64,000 bases of DNA. Source: an uncultured Clostridia bacterium. GTDB lineage: Bacteria; Bacillota; Clostridia; Christensenellales; UBA1242. Numbering within the stretch: the stretch's first letter is position 1; the number at the start of each line of letters is the position of its first letter. This document shows positions 63,521 through 64,000 of the stretch, one piece after another. The position numbers and the translations under genes were made by a program. A model generated the notes under the pieces. The model was not told the DNA's origin and did not search any database. It was given only the letters and a program-made list of their open reading frames with translations. The stretch lies in NCBI GenBank assembly GCA_930979925.1, contig CAKNIB010000002.1, positions 46,910 to 110,909 on the forward strand, in the 5' to 3' direction.

Positions 63521-64000
63521 GAGATAACATTGTTTTTATTTGCAAGTATTACAAGCCAAGTGATAAATACAACGCAAAGCAGGAAGATAAAATTCATAAA
63601 CGAGAATTTTTAAGTTGTAATGGTGGTTATAACTATGTCAGTTATGTTGACACTGGTAGCCTTGACAGTGTGCCGAAAGACTATACCGAATATGTTGGCA
63701 ATAGTGAGAAGTCTTGTGGTGTGTTTGGCACAAAAGGTCTTTTAAGTGATGATGAGAAACGAGAGTTAAGGGAGATGTTAAGGAATACTCAAAGTTGTAT
63801 ATGGGATTGTGTGATTTCATTTCGTGAAGAATTTGGAGATGAATATTGCAGAGATTATGAACAAGCATACAACTTTTTGAAGAAGGAACTACCAAAATTC
63901 TTTACTCGTGCAGGACTTGATAAGGATAACATTGTTTGGTATGCAGGACTTCACGAGAATACCGAGAACAAGCATATTCACATATCATTTTTTGAGAAAG
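63517..64000 (+). CDS. Relaxase-like protein (MobL/MOBP-type histidine motif), truncated by the window end
   Basis: Open frame to position 64000. ...WYAGLHENTENKHIHISFFEK resembles the HxDxxxxHxH relaxase motif. Confidence 0.55.
   Translation, partial: MRDNIVFICKYYKPSDKYNAKQEDKIHKREFLSCNGGYNYVSYVDTGSLDSVPKDYTEYVGNSEKSCGVFGTKGLLSDDEKRELREMLRNTQSCIWDCVISFREEFGDEYCRDYEQAYNFLKKELPKFFTRAGLDKDNIVWYAGLHENTENKHIHISFFEK

Overview
A 64-kb chromosomal segment from a low-GC bacterium that looks like Bacillota and uses the standard genetic code. All calls come from reading the sequence and aligning by eye to families I remember; no searches or folding programs were run.

Layout:
- 1-19.3 kb, minus strand: tRNA-Ala(UGC), dtd, NUDIX and HAD hydrolases, then a complete S10-spc-alpha ribosomal superoperon (rpsJ to rplQ, including secY, adk, map, infA, rpmJ, rpoA). 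It has a consensus promoter and a ~260-nt structured leader.
- 19.6-46.7 kb, accessory patchwork: several secreted proteins and lipoproteins; a 1359-aa orphan protein coupled to a degenerate ProA-like protein; HxlR, MerR and XRE regulators; decayed redox genes; an OYE/enoate-reductase-type flavoenzyme; and an ABC operon whose ATPase is fused to a large polytopic N-terminal domain.
- 46.7-62.4 kb, plus strand: a frameshifted flavoprotein; a leaderless divergent PurA paralog with a DUF1848-like protein; a 1.3-kb non-coding locus with tRNA 3-prime-half repeats; a 31-codon leader ORF with terminator ahead of a nine-gene GNAT / S51 / S66 (MccF-like) / phosphodiesterase / HD operon; a trpS copy destroyed by a promoter-lipoprotein-terminator cassette; and an intact tyrS.
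- 62.5-64 kb: repeat arrays and a putative RHH protein plus relaxase, marking the edge of a mobilisable element.

Most interesting observations:
1. trpS and tyrS are each preceded by a short leader ORF instead of a T-box. The ORFs carry WW and YYYYY codon runs and are followed by relays of mutually exclusive helices ending in intrinsic terminators.
2. Two surface-protein promoters carry C7 and G8 homopolymers inside exactly 17-bp spacers.
3. Five tandem stem-loops with covarying stems lie upstream of the relaxase module.
4. The PurA-like island and the tRNA-half repeat locus.
5. A candidate operon for processing aminoacyl- or peptidyl-nucleotides.
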